A DNA stretch of 64,000 bases, taken from the NCBI GenBank assembly GCA_964518765.1, contig CAZFJC010000005.1, positions 54,403-118,402 on the forward strand, in the 5' to 3' direction. The notes beneath the pieces were generated by a model that saw nothing but the letters and a program-made list of their open reading frames with translations, was not told the origin of the DNA and did not search any database. A program made the translations under genes and the position numbers. The DNA comes from an uncultured bacterium (GTDB lineage Bacteria > Edwardsbacteria > AC1 > EtOH8). Numbering within the stretch: the first letter of the stretch is position 1; each line of letters starts with the position of its first letter. Below, in pieces: positions 17,650 to 26,644 of the stretch.

Positions 17650-18954
17650 TCAGATGGATTCGCCGATCAGCTCTGGAATGCCCGGTTTCTCCCGGCTTAT
17701 GGAAATCGACCTGCCCAGCCTCTTTACCGCCGTCTCCCCCAGTGCCCTGTCGTTGGCCAGGACCGTTACCAATGTGTCACCCTCGGCCACCCAGTCCCCG
17801 ATTCGACAATGGAAAATGAATCCCACTGCCGGATCCACTGCGTCCTCCATCCTCAGCCGGCCGCAGCCCAAGCCCACCCCCGTTATACCTATCTCCCTGG
17901 CGTCCATGGAGTTGATGTATCCGCCCCGATCGGCTTTTAGTTCCAGCGCATGCCTGGCCTGGGCCAAAACCTTTTGGGGCTCGTCAGCGACCTTAGGATT
18001 CCCGCCCTGGGCCAAGACCATCTCCCGGAACTTCTCCAAGCCCTGCCCCGAGGAAATGGCCTGCCGTAGTATCCGTTCGCCTGAATCGAGGTCGGACGCC
18101 CGCTCGCCCATCACCAGCATCTCAGCCCCCAGCCGATAGGTGACGGCCATCAGGTCCTCGGGCCCCGAGCCCTTGAGACACTTGACGCACTCCTCGATCT
18201 CAAGGGCGTTGCCCACCTTTCTTCCCAGCGGCTGGTTCATGTCGGTGATCACCGCCCGCATCCTGCGTCCCAGCCCCCGGCCGATGGCCACCATGGTTTC
18301 GGCCAGTTTCTTCGAGTCTTCGAGGTTTTGCATGAAAGCCCCGGATCCGGTCTTGACATCAAGGACCAATCCGTCGGATCCCTCGGCCAGCTTCTTGGAC
18401 ATGATGCTGGCGGCTATCAGCGGGATGCAGTCCACCGTGGCGGTAACGTCTCGCAGGGCGTAGAGCTTTTTGTCGGCCGGGGCCATGTCTGCGGTCTGGC
18501 CCATCATGGCCAGGCCGGTGCGAGCCAGGATGCGGTGGAACTCGTCAAAGCTCAGGCCTGTCCTGAACCCAGGTATGGACTCCAGCTTGTCCAGCGTTCC
18601 GCCGGTGTGGCCCAGCCCCCGGCCCGAGACCATGGGCACCGGCACCCCGGCCGCGGCCACCAACGGCGCCAGGATGATGGACACCTTGTCCCCCACCCCG
18701 CCGGTGGAGTGCTTGTCCACTTTGATCCCGGGGATGTCGGAAAGGTCGAATACCCGGCCTGAGTTCATCATGGCCATGGCCAGGGCGGTGGTCTCGGCGA
18801 AGTCCATGCCCTTGAGAAAAATGGCCATCAGCAGGGCCGCCGCCTGGTAGTCGGGGATGCGGCCGGCGGTGTACTCGGCCACGAACCAGCCTATCTCCTC
18901 GGAGGATAGCTGTCCGCCTTCCCGCTTTTTGTAGATTATCTCGTAAGGGGTCAT
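17650..18954 (-). CDS. deoA: thymidine / pyrimidine-nucleoside phosphorylase
   Basis: Glycosyl-transferase family 3 motifs (DKHSTGGVGDK, SGRGLGHTGGTLDKLE). ATG with AGAGG RBS, 6 nt downstream of the GTG called by the track. Confidence 0.9.
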   Translation of the reverse strand: MTPYEIIYKKREGGQLSSEEIGWFVAEYTAGRIPDYQAAALLMAIFLKGMDFAETTALAMAMMNSGRVFDLSDIPGIKVDKHSTGGVGDKVSIILAPLVAAAGVPVPMVSGRGLGHTGGTLDKLESIPGFRTGLSFDEFHRILARTGLAMMGQTADMAPADKKLYALRDVTATVDCIPLIAASIMSKKLAEGSDGLVLDVKTGSGAFMQNLEDSKKLAETMVAIGRGLGRRMRAVITDMNQPLGRKVGNALEIEECVKCLKGSGPEDLMAVTYRLGAEMLVMGERASDLDSGERILRQAISSGQGLEKFREMVLAQGGNPKVADEPQKVLAQARHALELKADRGGYINSMDAREIGITGVGLGCGRLRMEDAVDPAVGFIFHCRIGDWVAEGDTLVTVLANDRALGETAVKRLGRSISISREKPGIPELIGESI

Positions 18955-19085
18955 AAACACCTCTAGAATCTATGTCATCCCGATAGCGGCTCCTTGCCAC
19001 ACAAGTTGAGGAATGACATTAACTACATCGTTTACCCTTCAACTTGCCAAGCATGGAGCCCTGCTCAGGGTGACCTGCGTATAGG

Positions 19086-20258
19086 TCACATCTCCCCGGC
19101 CCGGATCACCGAGCGTTTCCCGTACTTCTTCCTCAACCTGTCCACCGCCTGGTCCACCCGCCGCTCCCTGTCACGGCATATGGCTTCATCGTGGAACAGC
19201 TCAAGCTCCGGTTCCGCCGCGGTGAAGTTGGAAACAGAAATCCCCAGCAGCCTGACCTTCCTCCCGTCCTGGTAGTTCTCTCGGAACAAGCCCTCGGCCA
19301 GCTCCAGCAGCTCCCGGTAGGCGTCGGTCGGCTTGGGCAGGGTGTGGCGGAAGGTATGGGTCTCGAACGATTCGTAGCGCAGCTTCAGGGTGACGGTGCG
19401 GCCGGCCGTCGCCGCCGCCCGCAGCCCGGCCGCTACCCCATCGCAGAGATAGACCAAGGTTTTGTGGATCTGCTTAAGGTCCGAGGTATCCGTATCGAAG
19501 GTCGTCTCCCGGCTGATGGACTTGGTCTCGCCCCCTCCCCCTACCGGATCATCGTCTCTGCCTTTGGCCCTGGCCTGCAGGTATCGGCCCATCAGTCCGT
19601 ATTGGCGCTCCAGTCGCTCGGGCGGGATCCCGGCCAGCTCTCCGACGGTGGCAACGTGGAATATTTTCTTGAGCGACTCCTCGGTCTTGGGGCCGATGCC
19701 CCAAATGCAGCGGATGGGCAGGGGGGAGAGGAATTCAGCCGCCTGGCTTTCTTCGACCACCACCAGCCCGTCTGGTTTCTCCAAGTCAGAGGCCACCTTG
19801 GCCACCAGTTTGTTTGGGCCTATGCCCACCGAGGCCGTCAGCCCGGTCGCCTCCCTCACCGCCAGTTTGATCTTCATCCCCATATGGCGCGGATTTCCCA
19901 GCAGCCGGCCGCACCCGGTTATATCCAGGAAAGCCTCGTCCACAGAAATCTGTTCTACCAGAGGGGTAAAGCCGGACAGAACCTCCATCACCTGTTCCGA
20001 GACCTCCTGGTACCTGGACATCCTGCCGGGCAGGTACACCCCGTGGGGGCAAAGCCGATAGGCGACGGATATGGGCATGGCCGAGTGCACCCCGAACTTG
20101 CGGGCCTCGTAGGAGGCGGCTGATACCACCCCCCGCCCCCGGCCGCTTTTAGGGTCGGCTCCTACGATCACCGGTTTGCCCAAAAGCCCGGCATCGTCCA
20201 GCACCTCCACCGCGGTAAAGAAGCTATCCATGTCAACATGGGCTACCAGCCTGTCCAT
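19086..20258 (-). CDS. dinB: DNA polymerase IV (Y-family)
   Basis: VDMDSFFTAVEVLD...VSAASYEARKFGV...SVDEAFLDIT, Y-family polymerase motifs. Confidence 0.9.
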   Translation of the reverse strand: MDRLVAHVDMDSFFTAVEVLDDAGLLGKPVIVGADPKSGRGRGVVSAASYEARKFGVHSAMPISVAYRLCPHGVYLPGRMSRYQEVSEQVMEVLSGFTPLVEQISVDEAFLDITGCGRLLGNPRHMGMKIKLAVREATGLTASVGIGPNKLVAKVASDLEKPDGLVVVEESQAAEFLSPLPIRCIWGIGPKTEESLKKIFHVATVGELAGIPPERLERQYGLMGRYLQARAKGRDDDPVGGGGETKSISRETTFDTDTSDLKQIHKTLVYLCDGVAAGLRAAATAGRTVTLKLRYESFETHTFRHTLPKPTDAYRELLELAEGLFRENYQDGRKVRLLGISVSNFTAAEPELELFHDEAICRDRERRVDQAVDRLRKKYGKRSVIRAGEM

Positions 20259-20288
20259 AACCCCTCAACGATAAAACGACCCCCAGCG

Positions 20289-20984
20289 TCAGCGCCTTAT
20301 GGCCGTCTCGGTCTTGTCCGGAGGGATCTCCCTGTCCGGCTCGCCGTCGCCGTTGGAGTCCCAGGAAAGGGTGAAGTCGTCCATCTCGGCGCTGATGTCA
20401 AGCCCGCCCTCCTGCCCCGCTCCGGCCGAGAAATCGTAGCTTGCCGACCGTACCCTCCCCCTGTCCCATACCGTGACCGTCATCCTGAAAACTGCATACT
20501 CAGATGAGGTCACCTTCATGTCCAGCTCCTCGCCCCCCCGGTAGGTCGCCCGCGACGTCCCGGCGGCCGTTTGATAATCGAGGTTCGCTATCCTGCGGGT
20601 GACCGCCATACCAGAGGCGCTGCCGGTGCGCCGGATCTGCTCCCGCATCCTCTCCAGGCCAGCCCTCTCCTGCTCATGAAGCGATGGATTTCTCAAGGCC
20701 GCCTCCAGCACCGGCAGGTACTCCTCGGCCGTGGCCGGTCCGGTATGGCGCCCCTCCTCGTCGGTAAAGTGTAGCTCGGCCGGCCCGGACAGCTCGACTG
20801 AAAATCCAAACGGGGCCTGGTAGGGGGCAGGAGCCTTTTGGGCGGTATCGGCGGCCGGGGCCGGCCCGCTTTCCGAGGGAACCGCGCCCACAGGCTTCAG
20901 GGCCCGGAAGCCGTCGTCCCAGTTGGCCGGGACACAGCCGGCCGCGGCCAGTGCCGCCGCCAGGATGGCCATCGTCTTTTTCAT
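20289..20984 (-). CDS. hypothetical lipoprotein
   Basis: Signal peptide with lipobox (MKKTMAILAAALAAAGC); no recognisable domain. Confidence 0.55.
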   Translation of the reverse strand: MKKTMAILAAALAAAGCVPANWDDGFRALKPVGAVPSESGPAPAADTAQKAPAPYQAPFGFSVELSGPAELHFTDEEGRHTGPATAEEYLPVLEAALRNPSLHEQERAGLERMREQIRRTGSASGMAVTRRIANLDYQTAAGTSRATYRGGEELDMKVTSSEYAVFRMTVTVWDRGRVRSASYDFSAGAGQEGGLDISAEMDDFTLSWDSNGDGEPDREIPPDKTETAIRR

Positions 20985-21641
20985 CTAATGACCCTTCACA
21001 TATGGACAGTTTTTTCGAAGACAGCATCTAGGGCAAGCCGGCCTGCTGGAACGGCAAACCCTTCTTCCGTGCTCGATCAGGTTCAGATGAAAAGAATAGA
21101 CCAGGTCGTCCGGGACCAGCCGGCGGAACCTCTCCTGGAAATCCTCCCTTCCCTCCCCGGGCCTAACCCAACCGAGACGGCCGCATACCCGGTAGATGTG
21201 GGTGTCCACGGGAAAGAGCGGCATGCCGGCGCCGAACAGGAGAGTGCAGGCGGCGGTCTTGGGCCCGACACCGTCGATCTCCTTCAGTGCCCGGTAAGCC
21301 GCCTCAGGCTCCATTACCCTTAGGTGCTCTAGGGTCGGCCGACCCTGTTCCCTCCGGAGGCCGCGTACGATCTCCACGAGCCTCCTAGACTTGATGTTGG
21401 CCAACCCTCCCTGTCTGATGGCCTCGGCCACCTTAGGAACCTCAGCTTCGGCCAGTCTGGCCCAGCTAGGAAAAGCGCGCCTCAGGCTGGCGTAGGCCCT
21501 CAGGCTGTTGGCATCGCTGGTGTTCTGTGAAAGGATGGTCTCTATCAAGATGTCCAACAGCGGCCGTTTGGACCGTGGGGATGGCCGGCCGTAGCATTCC
21601 GCTAGGATTCTTTCGACTTTGGCAATGGACGGCGCCCTCAT
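20985..21641 (-). CDS. nth: endonuclease III (HhH-GPD, 4Fe-4S)
   Basis: HhH-GPD motif LKEIDGVGPKTAACTLLFG and a C-terminal CX6CX2CX5C cluster. Start at internal Met MRAPSIAK; ATGA overlap with the upstream gene's stop. Confidence 0.85.
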   Translation of the reverse strand: MRAPSIAKVERILAECYGRPSPRSKRPLLDILIETILSQNTSDANSLRAYASLRRAFPSWARLAEAEVPKVAEAIRQGGLANIKSRRLVEIVRGLRREQGRPTLEHLRVMEPEAAYRALKEIDGVGPKTAACTLLFGAGMPLFPVDTHIYRVCGRLGWVRPGEGREDFQERFRRLVPDDLVYSFHLNLIEHGRRVCRSSRPACPRCCLRKNCPYVKGH

Positions 21642-22663
21642 CTTCTGTCGCCCCGGTTTAGGATCTCCTCCAAGGCCTCGGAGGCAGTGGAGACCGGGAT
21701 GCCCCTCATGCATTTCGGGTCCCTGCAGTCGGTCCGGTTGCATACCAGGCAGGCCAGAGATTCGTCCCGCAACACCCGGTGGCCCTCACCCCACGGTCCC
21801 TGGGATCTGGGGCTGGTCGGACCGTAGAAGGAGACCACCGGCACGCCCAGGGCGGTGGCGATGTGCAGCGGCCCGGTGTCGTTCCCCACCACCGCGGCGC
21901 AGCCCGAAAGCAGAGCCGCCATCTGGCGCAACGTGGTCGTCGGCGCCATGGCCGCTTGGGGCCCTATCCCCCGGACTATCCTCTCCGCATCCTTCTTCTC
22001 GTACCTGTTTCCCCAGAAGACTAGGTATTTTCTCCCGGTCCGCCCGCCGCCCAGGCGGCCGAGCTCCGAAAAGTTCTCCGCCGGCCAGCGTTTGCAGGGC
22101 CAGCCGCCGGTGGGAAGGAACCCAACCACCGTCTCCCCTCGATCATAGCCTAGCTCCTGCCACACCCTGATTCGGTATCCCCTCTCCTCTGGGGTAAGGT
22201 TGTATACCAGCTCCCGGCCGGCCTCCGACAGCCCCAGCTCCCTAAGGATATAAAGATTGAACTCCACCTCGTGCCCGTAGTTGGCCTCCCTGGCCGAAAG
22301 CACCCGGTTGTAGAAGAGCCGCCGGTAGCCGAAGTCAAAGCCGATCCGGATGCCGGCTCCGCTAGCCAGCGACTGGATGGCGGTGCGCGGCGTGCCAACC
22401 AGGTCGATGCTTAGTCCGCAGCGCCTTGCCTTGATCTCGCCAAGGAAAGCAATCTGTCTCCGAAGGCCGCCGCCTTTGTAGACTAGGAGTTCGTCGATGT
22501 CCTGGTTGTTCTCCAGCACCGGAGCGCAGGATTCTCGGACCACATAGTGGATCTTGGCCTGGGGAAGGCCGCGGCGCAGGGCCTTAAGCAGAGGCGTGGT
22601 CCAAAGCACATCACCCACCCCGCTCATCCTGAGCACCAGGATACTCTCAGGGACGGGCGTCAT
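21638..22663 (-). CDS. GT9-family glycosyltransferase (LPS heptosyltransferase-like)
   Basis: Start at Met41 (MTPVPESILVLRMSGVGDVLWTTPLL). GT9 core with C-terminal GNDTGPLHIATALGVPVVSFYGPT motif. Confidence 0.8.
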   Translation of the reverse strand: MTPVPESILVLRMSGVGDVLWTTPLLKALRRGLPQAKIHYVVRESCAPVLENNQDIDELLVYKGGGLRRQIAFLGEIKARRCGLSIDLVGTPRTAIQSLASGAGIRIGFDFGYRRLFYNRVLSAREANYGHEVEFNLYILRELGLSEAGRELVYNLTPEERGYRIRVWQELGYDRGETVVGFLPTGGWPCKRWPAENFSELGRLGGGRTGRKYLVFWGNRYEKKDAERIVRGIGPQAAMAPTTTLRQMAALLSGCAAVVGNDTGPLHIATALGVPVVSFYGPTSPRSQGPWGEGHRVLRDESLACLVCNRTDCRDPKCMRGIPVSTASEALEEILNRGDRR

Positions 22664-23759
22664 CCAAGGCCTTCCGGTAGGTCGCCTCGTAGCCGGCCAG
22701 CATGCCGGCCTCGGAGAATTTCGTTTCGACAGTTTTCCTGGCCGCCCGGCCAAGCTTTTCCGCCAGGGCGGCATCCGAGACAAGCTTGAAGAGCTTCTCC
22801 CTCAGGTCCTGAGGGTCCCTTACCCTGGCCCTTAGGCCATTGACCCCGTCCTCGACGATATCCAGCACCCCGTCCTTGGCGTAGGCCACGCAGGGCAGTC
22901 CGGTGGCCATGGCCTCGCACAGTGCCAAGCCGAATGACTCGGCATGGGAGGGGAAGGCAAAAATGTCCATGGCCCGCAGGTACCTTTCCCTGTCCGGCCT
23001 GAAATCCAGGAAGACCAGCTTTGGCCCAAGCCGCGCTACCGCCTTCTCCTTTAGGCTGACGGCGTAGGCCTCCTCGCCTCGGCTGGCCCCGCCTATCATC
23101 AGGAAGCGCAGTTGCGGCGAGCCGAGCCCCGAGGCCGCTTCCAGGAAATCTTCGAAACCCTTGCCCGGCGACAGCCGGCCCATCATGCCGATCACCACCT
23201 CCCCTGGCTTAAACCCCAGCTCCCGGCGCATCTGATCCCTGGCGGCCGGCTGGGGCGAGAACTTGCTGGTGTCCGTACCCAGATAGACTAGGTCGATCCG
23301 GTCACGCTTAAGAGACGTGGTCTCCTCCAGATTGTCCCGTATGAACGAGGAGATGGCGGTGGCCCGGGTTACCTTCGAGTAGAGGAAGCGGTGCCATGGC
23401 CCGCGCTTGGCCACGGCCGATCCCAGCTGCTTGGTTAATATCAGCGGCCGTCGCCCGGACATCAGGTTGGCCGGCACCGCCCGGTGCAGGTCTTTCGAGT
23501 AGTGGACATGTAACACGTCGGGTTTGAATTCCACTAGAGCGCAGGTCAGCCGCTTCGTCCCAGCCAGGTCCCAGGGGCCAGATTCCCGAAAGCCGATCAA
23601 TTCGACTGATGACCTTTCCGCCTGGTCCCATAGAGGACAACCCTCGGTCGTAGCCAATTTTATGGAATGCCCTGCCGTCTGCTGCAGCTCGGCCAGCCGG
23701 GCCACGCTGATCTCCATGCCGCCCCAGGAGCGCGAGCTGCAGACGTGGAGTATCCTCAC
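22647..23759 (-). CDS. GT4-family glycosyltransferase
   Basis: GTG start (VRILHVCSS) overlapping the upstream stop as GTGA. GT4 motifs (EAMATGLPCVAY...GVNG). Confidence 0.8.
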   Translation of the reverse strand: MRILHVCSSRSWGGMEISVARLAELQQTAGHSIKLATTEGCPLWDQAERSSVELIGFRESGPWDLAGTKRLTCALVEFKPDVLHVHYSKDLHRAVPANLMSGRRPLILTKQLGSAVAKRGPWHRFLYSKVTRATAISSFIRDNLEETTSLKRDRIDLVYLGTDTSKFSPQPAARDQMRRELGFKPGEVVIGMMGRLSPGKGFEDFLEAASGLGSPQLRFLMIGGASRGEEAYAVSLKEKAVARLGPKLVFLDFRPDRERYLRAMDIFAFPSHAESFGLALCEAMATGLPCVAYAKDGVLDIVEDGVNGLRARVRDPQDLREKLFKLVSDAALAEKLGRAARKTVETKFSEAGMLAGYEATYRKALDDARP

Positions 23760-24517
23760 GGCGTTCGCCCCGCGTTCTCCCGGAGTTCCCTGAGCTTCAG
23801 GTACTTCATCAGCACGTAATAGCCCGATAAGATGCAAAGGAGAAGGCCCTGGGTGCCGTCCCTAAAGCCCTGCTTTACAACATACATCTTGAGAAAGGTG
23901 GCCAGAGGCGAAAATACCAGTCGGCTCCAGCGGCATGGTTTATTGCCCTTTGCCAGCTCTTTGGCTGCTATCGAAGTATAGGAGTTCATTCGATCAAGAT
24001 AGACATCTAACGAAGGGTAAGTATAATGGAGCAGGGGGTGGCGGAACCGGCCGGTGCGGCCTTCTATTTTCACGATGTCGTGCGGGTTCATCCCCCCGAA
24101 CCTTCCCCGGTCCTTCCTGAAAAGGCGGAGATGATGGTCAGGCCTCCATCCGCAGTGTTCCATCCACCGCCCCATGAAAAGCGAGCGCCTAGGCAGATAG
24201 TAACCATCAAGGCCATCGAAATCGCGTAAACGGGCGGCCCGTATCTCGGCTTTCAGCTCCGGGGTCACCTCCTCATCGGCATCAAGAGCCAAGATCCAGT
24301 CGCCGGTGGCACGCTCGATAGCCAGGTTCTTCTGCTGGATGTGGCCCGGCCAGGGATTTACGTGGACATGGGGGGTGAATTTAGCAGCCAATTCTACGGT
24401 ATTATCACTGCTTTGGGCATCAACCACTACGATCTCATCCACAAAATCCAATGCGGCCAGGCACCTGACGATGTTAGCCCCCTCGTTCTTGGTGATTATG
24501 GTGGCCGAGAGCTTCAT
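23756..24517 (-). CDS. GT2-family glycosyltransferase, paralogue 1 of 3
   Basis: MKLSATIITKNEGANI...VVVDAQSSDNT...LALDADE...; ~250 aa, WaaE/KdtX-like. Confidence 0.8.
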   Translation of the reverse strand: MKLSATIITKNEGANIVRCLAALDFVDEIVVVDAQSSDNTVELAAKFTPHVHVNPWPGHIQQKNLAIERATGDWILALDADEEVTPELKAEIRAARLRDFDGLDGYYLPRRSLFMGRWMEHCGWRPDHHLRLFRKDRGRFGGMNPHDIVKIEGRTGRFRHPLLHYTYPSLDVYLDRMNSYTSIAAKELAKGNKPCRWSRLVFSPLATFLKMYVVKQGFRDGTQGLLLCILSGYYVLMKYLKLRELRENAGRTP

Positions 24518-25338
24518 CCTTTGCCGCCCCTTCTCGTCAGATAATCCTCCCATCTGGCCGGCCGGTTCCTCTCCAACCACCTGCGGTGCCAGGCCTTGGA
24601 CAGCCTGAAGAACCAATAGGCGGCCATGGAGGCCGCGTTCATGAAGCCATGGGCCCCGTCGCGGAAGCCCTGTTTGACCACATAACATTTCCACCACATG
24701 CTCAGAGGTGACAGGGCCACGTGCCAGATGGAGGGATCGTATCCCTGGGGCAGCCGCTCCTCGACGTCCAGGTCGGAATAGCGGTTTATTTTTTCGAAGA
24801 ACTCGGCCGGGGTGGCGTAGCAGTCGTGCCACAAGGGCTCTTTGATTCGGAGGATGGCCGGCTCGCCCCCCTCCACCTCCATATAGGTGTGGGCGTGGCC
24901 CACCCACCGGCACCGGCTGCGCCTGGCCAGCCTGGGCTGGTAGCTGGGGTTATAGTTGCCGTAGTTGATCCGTTTCCCCCAGAAATGCTCGATGCGCCTG
25001 ATCCAACCGGCGTTGTAGGTGCGATATCTCTCCGGATCGGAACAGATCTCTCTCAACCTCGCTGCCAGCTCCGAGGTGATGTACTCGTCCTGGTCTAGTA
25101 TCAAGATCCACTCGCCCCGACACCTGGCCATACCGAACTCCCGCTGGGCCCGATACCCTGGCCAGGGATTGACGTGCACCTCCCCAGTGTATTTTTTTGC
25201 CAGGTCCAGCGAGCCGTCGGTGCTGCCGGAATCCACCACCACGATCTCATCCGCCCATTTCGCGGATTCCAGGCAAAAACCAAGCTTTTGGCCGCCGTTG
25301 AAGGTATTGAGCATCACCGAGAGCCTATCAACGGGCAC
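24514..25338 (-). CDS. GT2-family glycosyltransferase, paralogue 2 of 3
   Basis: VVVDSGSTDGS...LILDQDE motifs. GTG start with GGGAGG RBS; 4-nt overlap with the downstream gene. Confidence 0.8.
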   Translation of the reverse strand: MPVDRLSVMLNTFNGGQKLGFCLESAKWADEIVVVDSGSTDGSLDLAKKYTGEVHVNPWPGYRAQREFGMARCRGEWILILDQDEYITSELAARLREICSDPERYRTYNAGWIRRIEHFWGKRINYGNYNPSYQPRLARRSRCRWVGHAHTYMEVEGGEPAILRIKEPLWHDCYATPAEFFEKINRYSDLDVEERLPQGYDPSIWHVALSPLSMWWKCYVVKQGFRDGAHGFMNAASMAAYWFFRLSKAWHRRWLERNRPARWEDYLTRRGGKG

Positions 25339-26077
25339 GGCCGGCCTCCCAGAGCTTGGCGTCGGTTATGAACTTATACAGGGCCGTCAGATGGGCCAGG
25401 GCGTAGCCCCGCCAGCCCTCCCGCCAGCCCTGGTGATGGACATATACTTTCCAGAACTCGGACAGCAGATCGAAGACCATCTTGGCCGGTCCGGCCCGCC
25501 TGCCTGCAACCAGCTTCTGCCGGGCCTCGAGCGAGGAGTATCGGTTCAGTTTTTCCAGGTACCGGTATATGTCCGGAGCGGTGTGATGCTCGATGGTCCC
25601 CGGGGCCAGCCTGCTCGTCTTCCCGTCCACTTTGACCCCCTCGTGCACCTGGACCTCGGGGACGCTGGCCGACCCGCACCTGAAAAGCCGCAGCTGCCAG
25701 TCGCCCTCCCATCGGGCATGTTCCATGGGTCTGCCCAGGAAGTAGTTCCTGCGACGCAGGTAGAATCCGTCGATTTCGGGCGAAGGCGAGAACGAGGGCA
25801 ACGCCTCCTGCAGCCCCTTGTCCAGCGCCTCGTCGGCGTCCAGGAACATGGCCCACTCGGTCCTGGCCATGCCGATGGCCCGTCTTCGCTGGGCGGCGAA
25901 GCCGGGCCAGTCGGTGGCCACCACCTCGGCGCCCAGGCTTTTGGCTATCTCCGCCGTCCGGTCGCGGCTCCCGGAGTCCAGTACCAATACCCGATGCAAT
26001 CCCCTGGCGCTGGACACCGCCCTTCCGATATTAGCCTCCTCGTCCCTGGCTAATATCAATACGGTTATGAGCGCCAT
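25328..26077 (-). CDS. GT2-family glycosyltransferase, paralogue 3 of 3
   Basis: MALITVLILARDEEANI...LVLDSGSRDRT...LFLDADE. Confidence 0.8.
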   Translation of the reverse strand: MALITVLILARDEEANIGRAVSSARGLHRVLVLDSGSRDRTAEIAKSLGAEVVATDWPGFAAQRRRAIGMARTEWAMFLDADEALDKGLQEALPSFSPSPEIDGFYLRRRNYFLGRPMEHARWEGDWQLRLFRCGSASVPEVQVHEGVKVDGKTSRLAPGTIEHHTAPDIYRYLEKLNRYSSLEARQKLVAGRRAGPAKMVFDLLSEFWKVYVHHQGWREGWRGYALAHLTALYKFITDAKLWEAGRAR

Positions 26078-26640
26078 CGGCTCTCCAGCTCCCCCAAGAT
26101 CCAAGATACCGCTCCGCCAAGGTCCTGGGCGATGCATTCAGGACGAAGTACGCGTACCCAGGGTTCGTCGCCTTGGCTATGCCCGGTGAGCACCAGGGCC
26201 GTCCTGGCCCCTATATTCCTGCCGAACTCGATGTCGGACCAGTTATCGCCTACCACAAAGCTCTTTCTCAGGTCCAACCCGAACCGCTTTTTGGCCTCCA
26301 GGGCCATGCCAACCCCCGGCTTCCGGTAGATCGATCCCTCGTCGGGGTGATAGGGACAGTAGTAGACCGCGTCCAGCCGGGCGCCCTGGCGCCCGAGGCC
26401 CTGCCGCATCTTCTCGGTCATCCTGTTAAGGGTTCCCATGGTCAGGTAGCCGCGGGCCACGCCTGACTGATTGCTGGCCACGATAACCCTGACGCCGGCG
26501 CGGTTCAAGGCCCTGATGGCCCGGCCTACTCCCGGAAGCAGCCGGAATTCCCCGAGCCTGCGGACGTAGTCTCTCTCGAAGTTGATGGTGCCGTCGCGGT
26601 CAAGAAAAACAGCGATGTTTTTTCGGTTCTTTCTTTTCAC
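26065..26640 (-). CDS. gmhB: D-glycero-D-manno-heptose 1,7-bisphosphate phosphatase (HAD-IIIA)
   Basis: FLDRDGTIN...SNQSGVARG...YCPYHP...YRKPGVGM...VGDNWSD. Confidence 0.8.
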   Translation of the reverse strand: MKRKNRKNIAVFLDRDGTINFERDYVRRLGEFRLLPGVGRAIRALNRAGVRVIVASNQSGVARGYLTMGTLNRMTEKMRQGLGRQGARLDAVYYCPYHPDEGSIYRKPGVGMALEAKKRFGLDLRKSFVVGDNWSDIEFGRNIGARTALVLTGHSQGDEPWVRVLRPECIAQDLGGAVSWILGELESRWRS

Positions 26641-26644
26641 GACG

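Noticed and set aside
20289-20984. Lipoprotein next to dinB and nth considered as a possible defence or toxin gene
   Set aside because: No recognisable domain or partner gene. The composition is consistent with an ordinary envelope lipoprotein.
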